Of a DNA stretch of 64,000 nt, positions 39,845 through 49,911 are shown piece by piece; position 1 is the first letter of the stretch; every line of letters begins with the position of its first letter. The DNA is from Fonticula alba ATCC 38817 (Eukaryota > Protista > Nucleariida). The position numbers and the translations under genes are program-made. The notes beneath the pieces were generated by a model that worked only from the letters and a program-made list of their open reading frames with translations, was not told the origin of the DNA and did no database searches. The DNA lies in NCBI GenBank assembly GCA_000388065.2, contig KB932203.1; one strand, 5' to 3'.

Positions 39845-40195
39845 CTGCCTCTTTCTCTCCCGCTCGCTCGCCCTCTTGGGCATATGTGCCCCCCCCCCNN
39901 NNNNNNNNNNNNNNNNNNNNNNNNNNNNNNNNNNNNNNNNNNNNNNNNNNNNNNNNNNCCCCCCGGCCCCGCCGCCACCCTCCGCCCCCTGTGTCCCTCC
40001 TTCCCCGTCGCCTGTGGGCTAACTTCGCTTGCTTGGCTCCGTCCCTTCCTCTTGCTCCGGCCCAGCGACGCGACGCTGGAGCAATTTGCCCTGCTGAGTG
40101 GCCATGTGCGCAATCGGCTGCCAATGGTACGCCAGCGTCTCCAGGACCAAGCCCGGCGGATTCGCATGCTGGAATTGCACGCGCTGCTGGACTAG
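28019..40195 (+). CDS. Giant (~3500 aa) Nup214/Nup159-type protein: N-terminal beta-propeller + ~2800-aa acidic disordered region + C-terminal coiled coil, no FG repeats
   Basis: Exon 1 MDDSNHEE (28019-28042) joins FLVFRANSSV...HTAISNHYGIIFCGRGN|RLFALST...VVDFDSPIVAVKVAENDTFLLV and later ILLGRANGVVSVY. These match Nup214 [42 protein letters not shown] and LAVGKQNGTVVQY. The 3177-aa ORF 30220-39753 continues to a last exon 40066-40195 via a TA|GTGCGT donor. Confidence 0.7.
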
Positions 40196-40271
40196 CCCCG
40201 GGGGCCGGGTCCCAGCGTGTTGGATTCCTGACCACAATATATCCCCACTTGTTGGGAGTTGCGCGTGCTAT

Positions 40272-41111
40272 TCATTCTGGCCTGGTTGTCGATACCGGGG
40301 CCAGTAGGATTCCGCGGAGTTTGAACGGCGTGGCAAAGGGCAAGGGGAGATCATACCGGAAGCACGCGTGAAGCGTGGCCATCACCGCTCTGTACTGCCG
40401 AGAGCGGATGGCTTCGGCCTCCTTCGGGAAGAGGGCCACCAGCTCGGCCAGAGCCTGCTCTAGTTGCTGGGGCTGGAGGGTCGGTCCAACGTGCACGCCG
40501 GCCCATGCGTCTGGCCAATCGATGCACAAGGTTGGTGAGCCGATCAGCGCTCGGAGCTGGCGATGCCGCTCGGAGACCACGCCCGGATCAAGGGCCGCAG
40601 GTGCATCGGACACCGGCGGCTCGCCAGCGGCGGCCTCGCGATTGAGCAGCCGCAAAAGCGTCGAGAGCTTGAAAAACCGATCCAGGGGCCCGGGGACAAA
40701 GGGCAGCCCCCTCGGGTTGAGGGGAGCCGGGGCCCAATCTTCCGGGGCTTGCGGGTGTAGGATGATTGTGGCTGCATCGATCAGAAACCGTTGCTGGGAG
40801 GTCATGCGGCTGGCGGGAATAAGCTCGCGTCCGGCGTTGGCGGCCGCTTGGCGCATGGCATCCAGCCGGTGCTCCGACCATTGGGCTCGACACCGGCGGA
40901 TGGCCAGCTGCAAGTCGGCCTGGGTGGCGGCCACCTGTTGCGAGCGAAGGTCCAGCTCGGCCTGCACCGCTTCCAGGCGCTCGACCGCTTGGGCGAGTTC
41001 GGCGATGGTACGATCAATATCGCTGGCCGCCGTGGACAGTGGGCGGCGCAGGCCCAGGCCGGGGTGGCTGTGCCACCGTACTCCCGGGCAATGGCGGAGT
41101 CGAAAAAGCAT
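40272..41111 (-). CDS. Hypothetical protein with probable mitochondrial presequence and coiled coil
   Basis: ATG at 41111: MLFRLRHCPGVRWHSHPGLGLRRPLSTAASD (Arg-rich, RxLS cleavage-like), then heptad IDRTIAELAQAVERLEAVQAELDLRSQQV; about 280 aa open frame. Confidence 0.65.
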   Translation of the reverse strand: MLFRLRHCPGVRWHSHPGLGLRRPLSTAASDIDRTIAELAQAVERLEAVQAELDLRSQQVAATQADLQLAIRRCRAQWSEHRLDAMRQAAANAGRELIPASRMTSQQRFLIDAATIILHPQAPEDWAPAPLNPRGLPFVPGPLDRFFKLSTLLRLLNREAAAGEPPVSDAPAALDPGVVSERHRQLRALIGSPTLCIDWPDAWAGVHVGPTLQPQQLEQALAELVALFPKEAEAIRSRQYRAVMATLHACFRYDLPLPFATPFKLRGILLAPVSTTRPE

Positions 41112-41500
41112 CCTTCTGCTCCGGACCCCCGGCAGGGAGGAATGGCAGGGCCCGGGAGACTTGCACTGGTGCGCGCAGCAACCGACGAGGAACAGAAGCA
41201 GGAAGGCGGGGGAGGAGCAGGAGGCGTGGCAGGGGGGGGGGGGGGCAGGGCGGCGCGCCAGGGAACGTGTATGGAGGCACACTCATGCAGCCCAAACTCG
41301 CGGCCAGATGGCCAGATCGCGGCAATTTATGTGTCCATTCGTTGGCACCATTTGTCCTGGACTTTTATGCCTCCGGTGTGTGCGGGCCGGTGTGGAGCAC
41401 ATCGATGGCCAGGCCCGCCTCTCCTCGCCCCCCCCCTCCCCCGCGCCCCCTCTGCTCCTCGCTCGTCGGCCAATTCGCCTCGCCCCTTCCCACCTTCGCC

Positions 41501-41947
41501 ATGTTCGACAACAAATCACGGCTCTTCATGCGGCCGTTCACCCTGCAGCCGCGCCTTTCCCACCGATCCACCCACTGGGGCCGGATGACCCTTCATGCCG
41601 AGTGGACCAACACATCGGCCTCCTTCACGCGGTATCTGCCCGTGGTCCGGGGGTTCCCCTTCCTGCTGCCGGCTTGCGCGGGGATCCTCCTGGGCGCCGT
41701 GGCCGCCGGGTTGGACTTCCGCCTGCACTTGGAGCGGGCATGGGACCAGTCCATCGACCCGGGGCGCTTCTACAAGTACAAGCTGCTTGGATGGATCGGC
41801 AAGCGTGAGGGGCTGCAAAAGTACGAGCTCCACGACCCGGACAATGTGGCCGCGCTGCAGACCATGACCGAGGCCGAGCGCGAGCTCAACCGAGCCATGC
41901 TGTCGGCATCGTCCGGCGCGCCGAAGTCCCTCGCGGACTCCCTGTGA
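41501..41947 (+). CDS. Hypothetical 148-aa single-pass membrane protein, possibly mitochondrial
   Basis: ttcgccATG context; basic N-terminus, hydrophobic FPFLLPACAGILLGAVAAGL, then charged C-terminus; codon usage resembles neighbouring genes. Confidence 0.65.
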   Translation: MFDNKSRLFMRPFTLQPRLSHRSTHWGRMTLHAEWTNTSASFTRYLPVVRGFPFLLPACAGILLGAVAAGLDFRLHLERAWDQSIDPGRFYKYKLLGWIGKREGLQKYELHDPDNVAALQTMTEAERELNRAMLSASSGAPKSLADSL

Positions 41948-42377
41948 GCCGTGTCCTGCTCCGCCTCTGGGCTTTGTTTTTTTTTTTTNNNNNNNNNNNN
42001 NNNNNNNNNNNNNNNNNNNNNNNNNNNNNNNNNNNNNNNNNNNNNNNNNNNCCCCCCCCCCCCGACACACCAGCTGTATAATAGATCCCTCACCCCGACA
42101 TGCCGTGCGCCCTTTGCCGGAGTATGCCTCCGAGATGTGGTCTGTCGGTGGGGCTGCCGCATGTTGGACACGCACGCGTCCACGCCCACACGCCAGTGCA
42201 CAAGCAGATCCCCCCCCCCCTCCTCACACGGGCTTGAGGAGCATGGCCGGGGAGAGACGGTGCTTCCTGTACGTTCATACATGAGGCCTGCGCGCGCGCG
42301 CGCGCGCGCGCGCGGCCGTCAAGCCTGTTTTATATTCATCCCGGCAGAGCGAGAGCACATATTGCCTCTTGCGCGCC

Positions 42378-42606
42378 TCAAACAGGGGACAAGGGATGGC
42401 CGCCATCGTAGATGGCTGGTATGGAGTACTCCTCGCCGTGGGCGACCGCCGCCAGGGGCGGCGCCGGGTGGGACGTCCGGCGCGGGCCCATTTCATAGGC
42501 CTCGGCAGCCCCCGCCGAGCGGACACCGCGGGCGGCGGCGGCCGGGCCCGGGGCCGAGGTGCGCCGGCTGCCCGGAGAAACGGCCACTCCTGCCGGGGCA
42601 CCGGTC

Positions 42607-42641
<35 letters not shown>

Positions 42642-44310
42642 CATGGCCGGGTGGCCAAATGCCAAAGCTGGGCCGCCTCCTCCGGCAGGGGCGCGGTGGG
42701 CGCCAGCACCGAAGCCCGGGTTTCCGGGTGCCTGGCCGGCGAAGGCGGCCAGCTGGCGATCGGCCTCCTCGCGGGCGGCCGCCCGGTCACGCCGGCGGAG
42801 GGCCATCGCCACGGCCACCCCGACCATCATGGCCAGCGCCAGGGCGGCGGTCAGGGCCTCGAAGGCAAACCACCGCGTGGGCGAGGGGATGGCTTGGCGA
42901 CCGCGGTGTTGGCGGCCCAGGCGAATGTAAATCAATCGGGCGAGGATGGCCACGCCGGCGCCGGCGCCGACCGCCAAAACCACCGCCAGCCCGGCCGCCA
43001 GCCGGGTCCGACGAACCAGGGTCGGCCCGGTGCGATCGATGCGCGGCGGCCCGACAAGCTGGTCGGCCGCCAGCGAGCAGAAGACCGCCAGCAGGCCGCC
43101 GCACACGACAAAGGTCAGCCCCAAAAGCAGGGGCATGGGGTTCGGCGTGGCCGGCAGCAGGCGCCACATCAGCCGGCCAAGGGCATCGCCGGCGGCCAGG
43201 CACACCAGCGCCCGCCAGCCCAGCAGGCCGTCCAGCTGGGCCAATGCCCCGCCAGCCGGATGCAAGTGGCTGATGTCCGCCACCTTGACCCGGCCGGACC
43301 CGGCCCCCGGAGCGCGGCCTATGGCCCCGGCCCCGGCATCCGCGCCGGCTGTGGCCCCCAGGCCGAAGAGCGTAATCAGGCAGATGGCCAGCACCAGGGC
43401 GCTGATCCACCAGGTCAGCCCTTGCGCCGGGTAGCCGCGCATGGACACCGCCGATCCCACATGCACCAGGGTGAGGCTTGCCAGGCCGGTAATGGCGGCC
43501 GCCCCGTGCCCCAGGCCGCGGATGTACATGTACCGGGCGGCCAGTGCCAGGGCAAGGGCCACCACCAGCACGAAGACCGGGCTGAAGGGTGCTGGCAGGC
43601 GCGTGACCGCCGCGACGCCCGTGGCAATGGCAAAGGCCATGGTAAAGAGGGCTCCCATCAGCTGCAGGGCGGGGGTCAAATGTGTCAGGGTCGGGGCTGT
43701 CTCCCGTGAGCGCGCGGCGAGCAAAGGCAATTGGCGGCCCCTCCTCGTCGAGAGGCCCGGAGCATGGGAGGAGTTGTTGTGCGCCATCCCCGCGGCTCCT
43801 CCTTTTTGTTCGCGCCTCTGCGCGAATACCTGTGGCTTTGCATCTTCCAGGCAGCATGGCTTTTGGTGCATAGGCACAGCATATGGCACACGGTACGGAG
43901 GCCGGGGGGGGGGGGGGGGTGTACATCGAGCATGGCGCGCTGAGGGGAAAAGATGGCACAAGTAGGGGGACGACCATCACCGAGACTGGTGCGGTTTGAT
44001 CACAGGGGGACGGGGGGGGGGGGGGGGGAGGAGAGAAACATACACAAATGCTGAAAAGGGCCAAGGCAGTGGCACGCAAGGCCCCGAGGGTCGGCGTTTC
44101 CGGCTGGCTGGCCGCCTGTTCCGGGTTCGAGGGGGTGCTGTGCTTCTGACGCTGGCGCTGCACCCACCACCGGTAGACCACCACACTCGCGGCAAAGAGG
44201 CACACGGCCAAGATCCAAACCCCCGCGTGGATAATGCGGAACACCGCCAGCCGGTCGAGCTCGTCCTGGCTGGAACGCTCCTTCTGCCACCGGGTGGAGG
44301 TTGTCGTATC
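42378..44310 (-). CDS. Multi-pass (~9-11 TM) membrane protein, C-terminal part; no own ATG found
   Basis: Hydrophobic helices IIHAGVWILAVCLFAASVVVY, LMGALFTMAFAIATGVAAV, VFVLVVALALALAA, WWISALVLAICLITLFGL, LLLGLTFVVCGGLLAVF, LAAGLAVVLAVGAGAGVAIL and WFAFEALTAALALAMMVGVAVAMAL. A clear acceptor (ctgac...ccccag) lies at ~44311. Confidence 0.6.
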
Positions 44311-44800
44311 TGGGGGGGGGGGGCGACGTCAGTACGATGGGTGGGAAATAAAGTGTCCCCACCCACAACAGGCGACTTCTCTTCCTTGCTCTTCCGGACT
44401 GGGCCGGGCACTCCCCCCCCCCCCCCCCCCCCCCTCCGCTGTTGCGGGTGTGTGTTTGCTGGATTGTTTGCCCGCCGCCTTGGGCCCGGTGTTCGCCGAG
44501 GCCCGGCGCCGGCCGCTCGCTGGCGGCCGGCCAGGGAGGGCGAAACGCCCGCCCAGCTGCCACAGCTGGCTGGACTCACACGCCCGCGCCCGCGCTCGTG
44601 TCTCCCCGCTCGAGCCCGCACACCGCCCGGCCGTCTCGGTCGGCGCGGCTGGAACGCTCCTTCCGGCACCCGCCAAGATGGTGCCCCACGTCCCACGGGT
44701 CCCGCGCAAGGATCGCCGCGAGCGGGGTCTTCTCTTCGGGCGCGCCTGGGACACTTTCTCTTCCTTGCTCTTCCGGCGGCGGCCCGGCACTCCCCCCCCC
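44240..44800. repeat. Degenerate direct duplication with a 379-bp offset
   Basis: ggctggaacgctccttc occurs at 44268 and 44647; ttctcttccttgctcttccgg occurs at 44377 and 44756; both copies are followed by ggcactc and poly-C. Confidence 0.7.
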
Positions 44801-45049
44801 CCCCCCTATGCGCTTTACGTGTCTTCGTGTGGCTGAAGATAATTATGCATAAATGCAATGTGCCTCTCTCTCTCTCTTTCCCTGTCTATCTCTCTTGCCT
44901 ATACGTCTGGCCTCCTGGCCTCCTCGGTCCAAAGGCAGCCTGGAGCCATGGGGAAAGAGTGGCACGAGGAGCAGCAGCATGCTCGCCATGCTCGACGGCC
45001 TTCGCCCCTCCTCCCTGGCATAGGGAGATCCACTGACACACACATCGAC

Positions 45050-46616
45050 GACACGCACGCAAATTCATGGCCCGGGTCCAGACCAAATCGTCGAGCGCCC
45101 AGAAGAGCCACATCGCCGGCATGAGCATCCACACTCCGGCGCTGCCGTTCCTCAGGGCTTCGGCGGCGGGGAGGGGCGGCGGGGCCCCGCCGCCTGCCGA
45201 TCCAAAAAGCTCCACCTGCAAGTCGGCCAGCGTGCGCGGCACTCCGAGGCCCCGGCCGGCCGGGTCGCCGCCCAGCCCCAGGGGCCCGGCCTCGCCCTCC
45301 GGCACAGGGTAGCCCGGCTGCGAGCGACCTGGGGATACCTGCTCAAAGTACTCCGGCGGCAGGACATTCGGGTTGTGGTCTTCGTAGAAGCCGTCGTAGC
45401 GTTGGAACCGGCCGCCCGGGGTGGTGAGGCACCTTTGCCGCTGTTCTCCGAGGGAGGGGAAGGGGTCGGGGGCTTCGCCGGGGGCGCCGCCGCTGCGGGA
45501 CGACCGCCGGGGCCCGGGCCTGCCGCCTGCCCGCGAGGGGGGGACCTTTTGGTCGGGCCCCTCGCTGCCGGCATCGGATTTGGCGTCATCATAGGCGGTG
45601 GTCGGCGAAGGGCCACAGCGCGGCTGCCAGAGGTCGGGATTCGGGTTCTCATAGAAGGCCGACTGGTCGATGGCATGGTCGGACAGGTGGTCCCCCGGAG
45701 GGGCCGCCAGGTTGAAGGTGGCGCCTCGGCCGCGTGCATCGCGCGGGTAGAGCGTCGATCCGGGCGACCGGTGTGTCCCGGGGGGCTGCCGGCCGGCCGG
45801 CTGGGCCAGGGCCAGCGACGAGGCCGACCCCTCCATCGGGTCATCTTCGGCCAGCGTGGACACCGTCGGGGGGAGGCCGCCACCGCCCGGGCGCGGGCGG
45901 GGCACGTCCTCCGGCGAGGGGGCCAGGGCCAGCGGTGTGGGCGACCCGCCGGCGGGGCGCGGGGCACTCAGTGCCCCGCCATCGTCGGCACTGCTGCCAC
46001 GCTCGAAAAAGGGATTGCCCAGTTGGCGCATCTCGCGCGAGGTATACTGGTTGAAGGTGTCGGAATCGTCGACTGCCAGGGGAGGACCAGGCAGTCCCCG
46101 TGACGTCGAGCCGCCTCGACTGGCGCGTGCCTTGCCATTGAGGGTGCGCGGCGGCGGGGACAGGGCCACCTCGTGGGCCATGCTCTGGACAGCATCGCTG
46201 AGGGCTTGGAAGCGCCCGGCGGATTCCGGCCGGCCGGCCATGCTGGGCACGATGGCGGTCGATGAGACAGCTGCGTCGACTTCCCAGTCCGACCGATGGA
46301 AGAGGGACTCCTGGTGCAAGGCCTGCTGCAGTGCGAGCTGGGCGTTGAGATCGGCCCGGGCCGAGTGCGCGAGCTGTCTCCCCGGGAGCTGTCTGCCCTG
46401 TGCCAGCGAGGGCGCTTGCGAGGCCTCTTGCCACAGCTGGGGCGGGTAGTCCAGAGGCGAGGTGAGGCTGATGGTCGGCCGGCTGGTGGACCGAATGAAG
46501 GCCAGGTCCCGGGAGGACAGGTCAATGGTCAAGTGGCTAGCCTCGGTGCCCGGAGCTACGGGGCCCGGGTGGTCGTCGGTGTCCCGGGCAGGCCCGAGTG
46601 GCGGCTGGAAGGACAT
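45050..46616 (-). CDS. Pro/Gly/Ser-rich disordered ORF ending in a TM-like segment; probably the N-terminal part of the 42378-44310 membrane protein
   Basis: A 576-aa ORF from ATG 46616 ends in GVWMLMPAMWLFWALDDLVW followed by the donor-like TTG C|GTGCGT; an N-gap lies immediately upstream. Confidence 0.55.
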
Positions 46617-47984
46617 GAACGCCCCAGCCAGGGGNNNNNNNNNNNNNNNNNNNNNNNNNNNNNNNNNNNNNNNNNNNNNNNNNNNNNNNNNNNNNNNNNN
46701 NNNNNNNNNNNNNNNNNNNNNNNNNNNNNNNNNNAAGAGAGGAGATGTCGGGGGTAGCAGCGGGTGGCGAAAGGCAAAGTGCGCAGGGGGGTGGTGTCAC
46801 TTGGGGGAGGAGAGCGATGGAGCTGCTGTTCCTAAGGGGCCGGGGGGAACAGGGGCACCCCTTGGCAGCGGGTCAGCTCTTGGTTTTCCTGGCAAGCGTC
46901 GCCCCCCCCCCCCCTCCCCCCCCCCCGCCCCCCATGTCGCGCTGACCCTCCGCCGTCTCGCGTGCATTCTCCTGATGCCATCGCTCATGCGGCGCGATTG
47001 GGCACCCGCGGGGGGCGGGGGGCGGGGGGCGGTGGTGGATGCAGGAGGCGGGCGAAAGGGCAAGGGGGCAGGAAAATGGGAGCCGGCCATCGGGGGAAAG
47101 GGCTATCCCGACTTGGTGGCCGGGATCCGGCAGGCAAGCAGCCCGAGGGGGCGGGCGTCCACACCTACACCGACCCGGGCGGCACGGGAGCCCCCGGTGT
47201 GCCCACATGGGTGATGGGGACCGTGAAGCGGGCTGCCCGTGAGCATGCTCGCCTTGGATTCGGGCCGCCCGGCCCCTGGAGCCAGTCCGAGCACCGAGGT
47301 TCGAGCTATCTGGGCCCCCGCTGCGCCAGGAGCGAGGCCCCCCAGCCCATGAAGGGGACCCCCCTTTCATGTGGGGGGGAAGGGAGGCGGGAGAACAAGC
47401 TCCCACACTGCCCCCGCCCCCCCCTCCCCCCATCGGCCTGCAGCGTTAGCTGGTGGGGCGCATCGGGCAGCAGCCCTGCCGAGGCACCATGCACATGGGA
47501 CCGGGGAAAATAATAAAAATATATCAATATAAATTTGTTTTCCTCTCCTCTCCTCCCCTGTCCCCTCCCCCCGGGCAATCTGCCCCGGAGACCTGTGGGG
47601 ACCGCAAGACCAGTTGGCATCTGATCCCGAGCCCCGGTTCCCTCTCCCTCCCTCTCGCTCGCTCTCTCTCTTTCTCTCTCTCTCTCTCAGCCGCGGGCCC
47701 GCCATCCGGCTTTGATGTGTGACACCTTTGCCCGGGCTGGGGCGTCCGGCTGTGCACGGGGGACGGACTGCCAGGCCATGCTATCGCGGCTCCCCATCCA
47801 CGGCAGAATCCCCCACGGCAGCGCCCCGCCCGAAGGGTGTGAGGCCTCCCGCGGCCCCCCTCCGACACAGGCGGAAATCCCCCCAATGTGAAAGGGCACA
47901 TGGACCCCGGGGGGCGGTGGCCGGGGAGGGAAGGCTCGAAAGACCCCAGGGCCCATCACCAGGAACGCGATAAGGCCGAGCGCA

Positions 47985-48019
<35 letters not shown>

Positions 48020-49498
48020 CGGGGGCGGGGCGGGAACACAGTCCTCGGCAGTGCGGCGCATGTGAGATTGTGGGCTACCTCTGTCGTGTCACGGCGCGCC
48101 GCCATGCCATGGATCACGCCTACGCGATCCGTTGGTGGTCGGCGGTGGGGGAAACATATTGGGCAGGTGATCAGTGACCCGCCCCGCACGGCGTCTTCGG
48201 TGGGACGGATCGAGCCTGCACGGGGGTGGCTTGGTGCTTGTCTCCCCCCCCCCCCCCCGGCAAGGGCTGACGGAAGGCGCCGCTGGTGGAATCACTGAGG
48301 TCAGCTTTCGATTGTGGGCTGCGATGTGTCGGTTCCCAGCCCATTGCCGTGTGTAAAATACCCCGGGCGACGTTGACCGACACCCGGGCCGGAACCCCGG
48401 GCTGGTCAAATCACCCGATCTGAGGTAGAGAGTGTCAGAATATTCATGCATTACGCTGTTGCCTCGGGGAATGCCGTTACGTTAATAACATTAATCCATT
48501 CTTGAGAGCGCTTGGTGGGTATCTCATCTTAACTGGGGCGATGCATGTGTAACCGAATGCAAGATACTTTTTCCATTGGCCCCGGGTATCGGCCGGGCCT
48601 ATGTCACTCGGTGGCCGGTGGCTGTGGGTTGGATGCAAGCGTGAGGGGCGCCAGCAGGGCGAGGTCGAGCGAAGCTTGTGGGTGAGGGAGGGAGGCTGTG
48701 TGCCGAGGGGGGCTGTCTTGTGCCAAGGTGCGATCCTGGGTGCGGGCCGGCTGCCATTGGTGTGGGGCGAGGCTGGCAAATGGCACAAGCCGCCGAGAGG
48801 GGGGGCGAGGGTAGGAGGACCGGTCTCGCAAGCCTCTCCGGGCCCTTTGCTCGGCTTGGGCTCCCTCTGTTTCTCCCCCGCGCCCTTTCCCCGCCGGGTG
48901 CTCGCGAATGGCGCGCCGGTGCTCCTCCAGTACAGAGGGCTGGTGCTGTTCTAAATCGAGATGGGTGATGGTCGGCTCGGAGGTGGCCATGCTCCGCCGG
49001 CCGAGTGCGCGTGCCTTCCGGCCGCGACAAGATGGTCCAGACATGTGAGGGCGCTCCACCGGGTGGTCTGGCCGCCGAGGCGCCTCCCCTGACTCAGGAG
49101 CAAAGCCAGACCGGGTGAGCGACGGGCCGGTGCCGGAACGCTTCGCTCCCTGCGGCGATGGTAGTCGTGCGACATGGGGGGGGGGGGGGGGGGGCTTGCC
49201 TGCGGTCGCCTCCTGGCGCACCTGGGAGAATGCCACTGCCCCCCGGAGGCCACACGCGTCTCCGGGAAGGCGAGCGAGGGCGGGGAGGGCAGGGGGGGGC
49301 GGAGGCGGCCCGGGCGGGGCCACGAGGCCGCGAGGCCGCGAGCCTGAGGCAGGCGCGCGCCTGGAGGAGGGGGGCAAGGCCGCAAGGGGGGCTAGGCAGC
49401 GGCGCGGGGTCACGGGGCGGGCCCATCGGAGGCGAGGGGGCCGGCGGGGAGCTTGCGGCAGATGGACGTGCTCAGGAGCCGAGGCGGAGGATCTGGAG

Positions 49499-49505
49499 TA
49501 TATAA
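49499..49505 (+). promoter_or_regulatory. TATA box (TATATAA) of the Cys-rich surface protein gene
   Basis: gagTATATAAggcg sits in otherwise GC-rich DNA, about 400 bp upstream of ATG 49912; a probable 5'-UTR intron ends at ctacccag|ccATG. Confidence 0.55.
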
Positions 49506-49911
49506 GGCGCCCTGAAGCGGTCCTCATTCCATCAGAAGGCCAGTCATCTAGCTGCCTGCCGATCACGGAACAAGGCGACGCTCAACCCCCCATCCAACAC
49601 CCATCCAGTGCGTTCAGCCAACAGCTGTGCCCCTTGTTCGTGTGCATGCCGTGTCATCCGCCACCCTGCCCATGATACGCTCTGTCCCTCATGGCAAGGG
49701 GGGGGGGGGTACCCACACGGGCACCCACACGGGCACCCCCACCCACACATGCCCAAAGTCACCCGCCCACACACGCACACACACACACAAAGATGCACAC
49801 GTGCATACACAAACGCATGTGGGAAGTGCCGCACTCCCGGATGTACTGACGCCCGGCCGCGCGGCCTGCTGTGCCCTGGTCGATCGATTGATCAATCGAC
49901 CTACCCAGCCC

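Noticed and set aside
40110-40130. Donor-like CCAATG|GTACGC that might splice gene B into gene A if the block were mis-oriented
   Set aside because: It is a phase-0 donor, while gene A's acceptor at 3692 needs phase 2. There is no N-gap at gene A's 5' end, and the frame continues to a normal stop at 40195.
46700-49450. Numerous short ORFs and an A/T-rich patch at 47508-47540
   Set aside because: The ORFs are Arg/Gly/Pro-rich artefacts with no coherent exon chain; the patch could not be tied to any gene.
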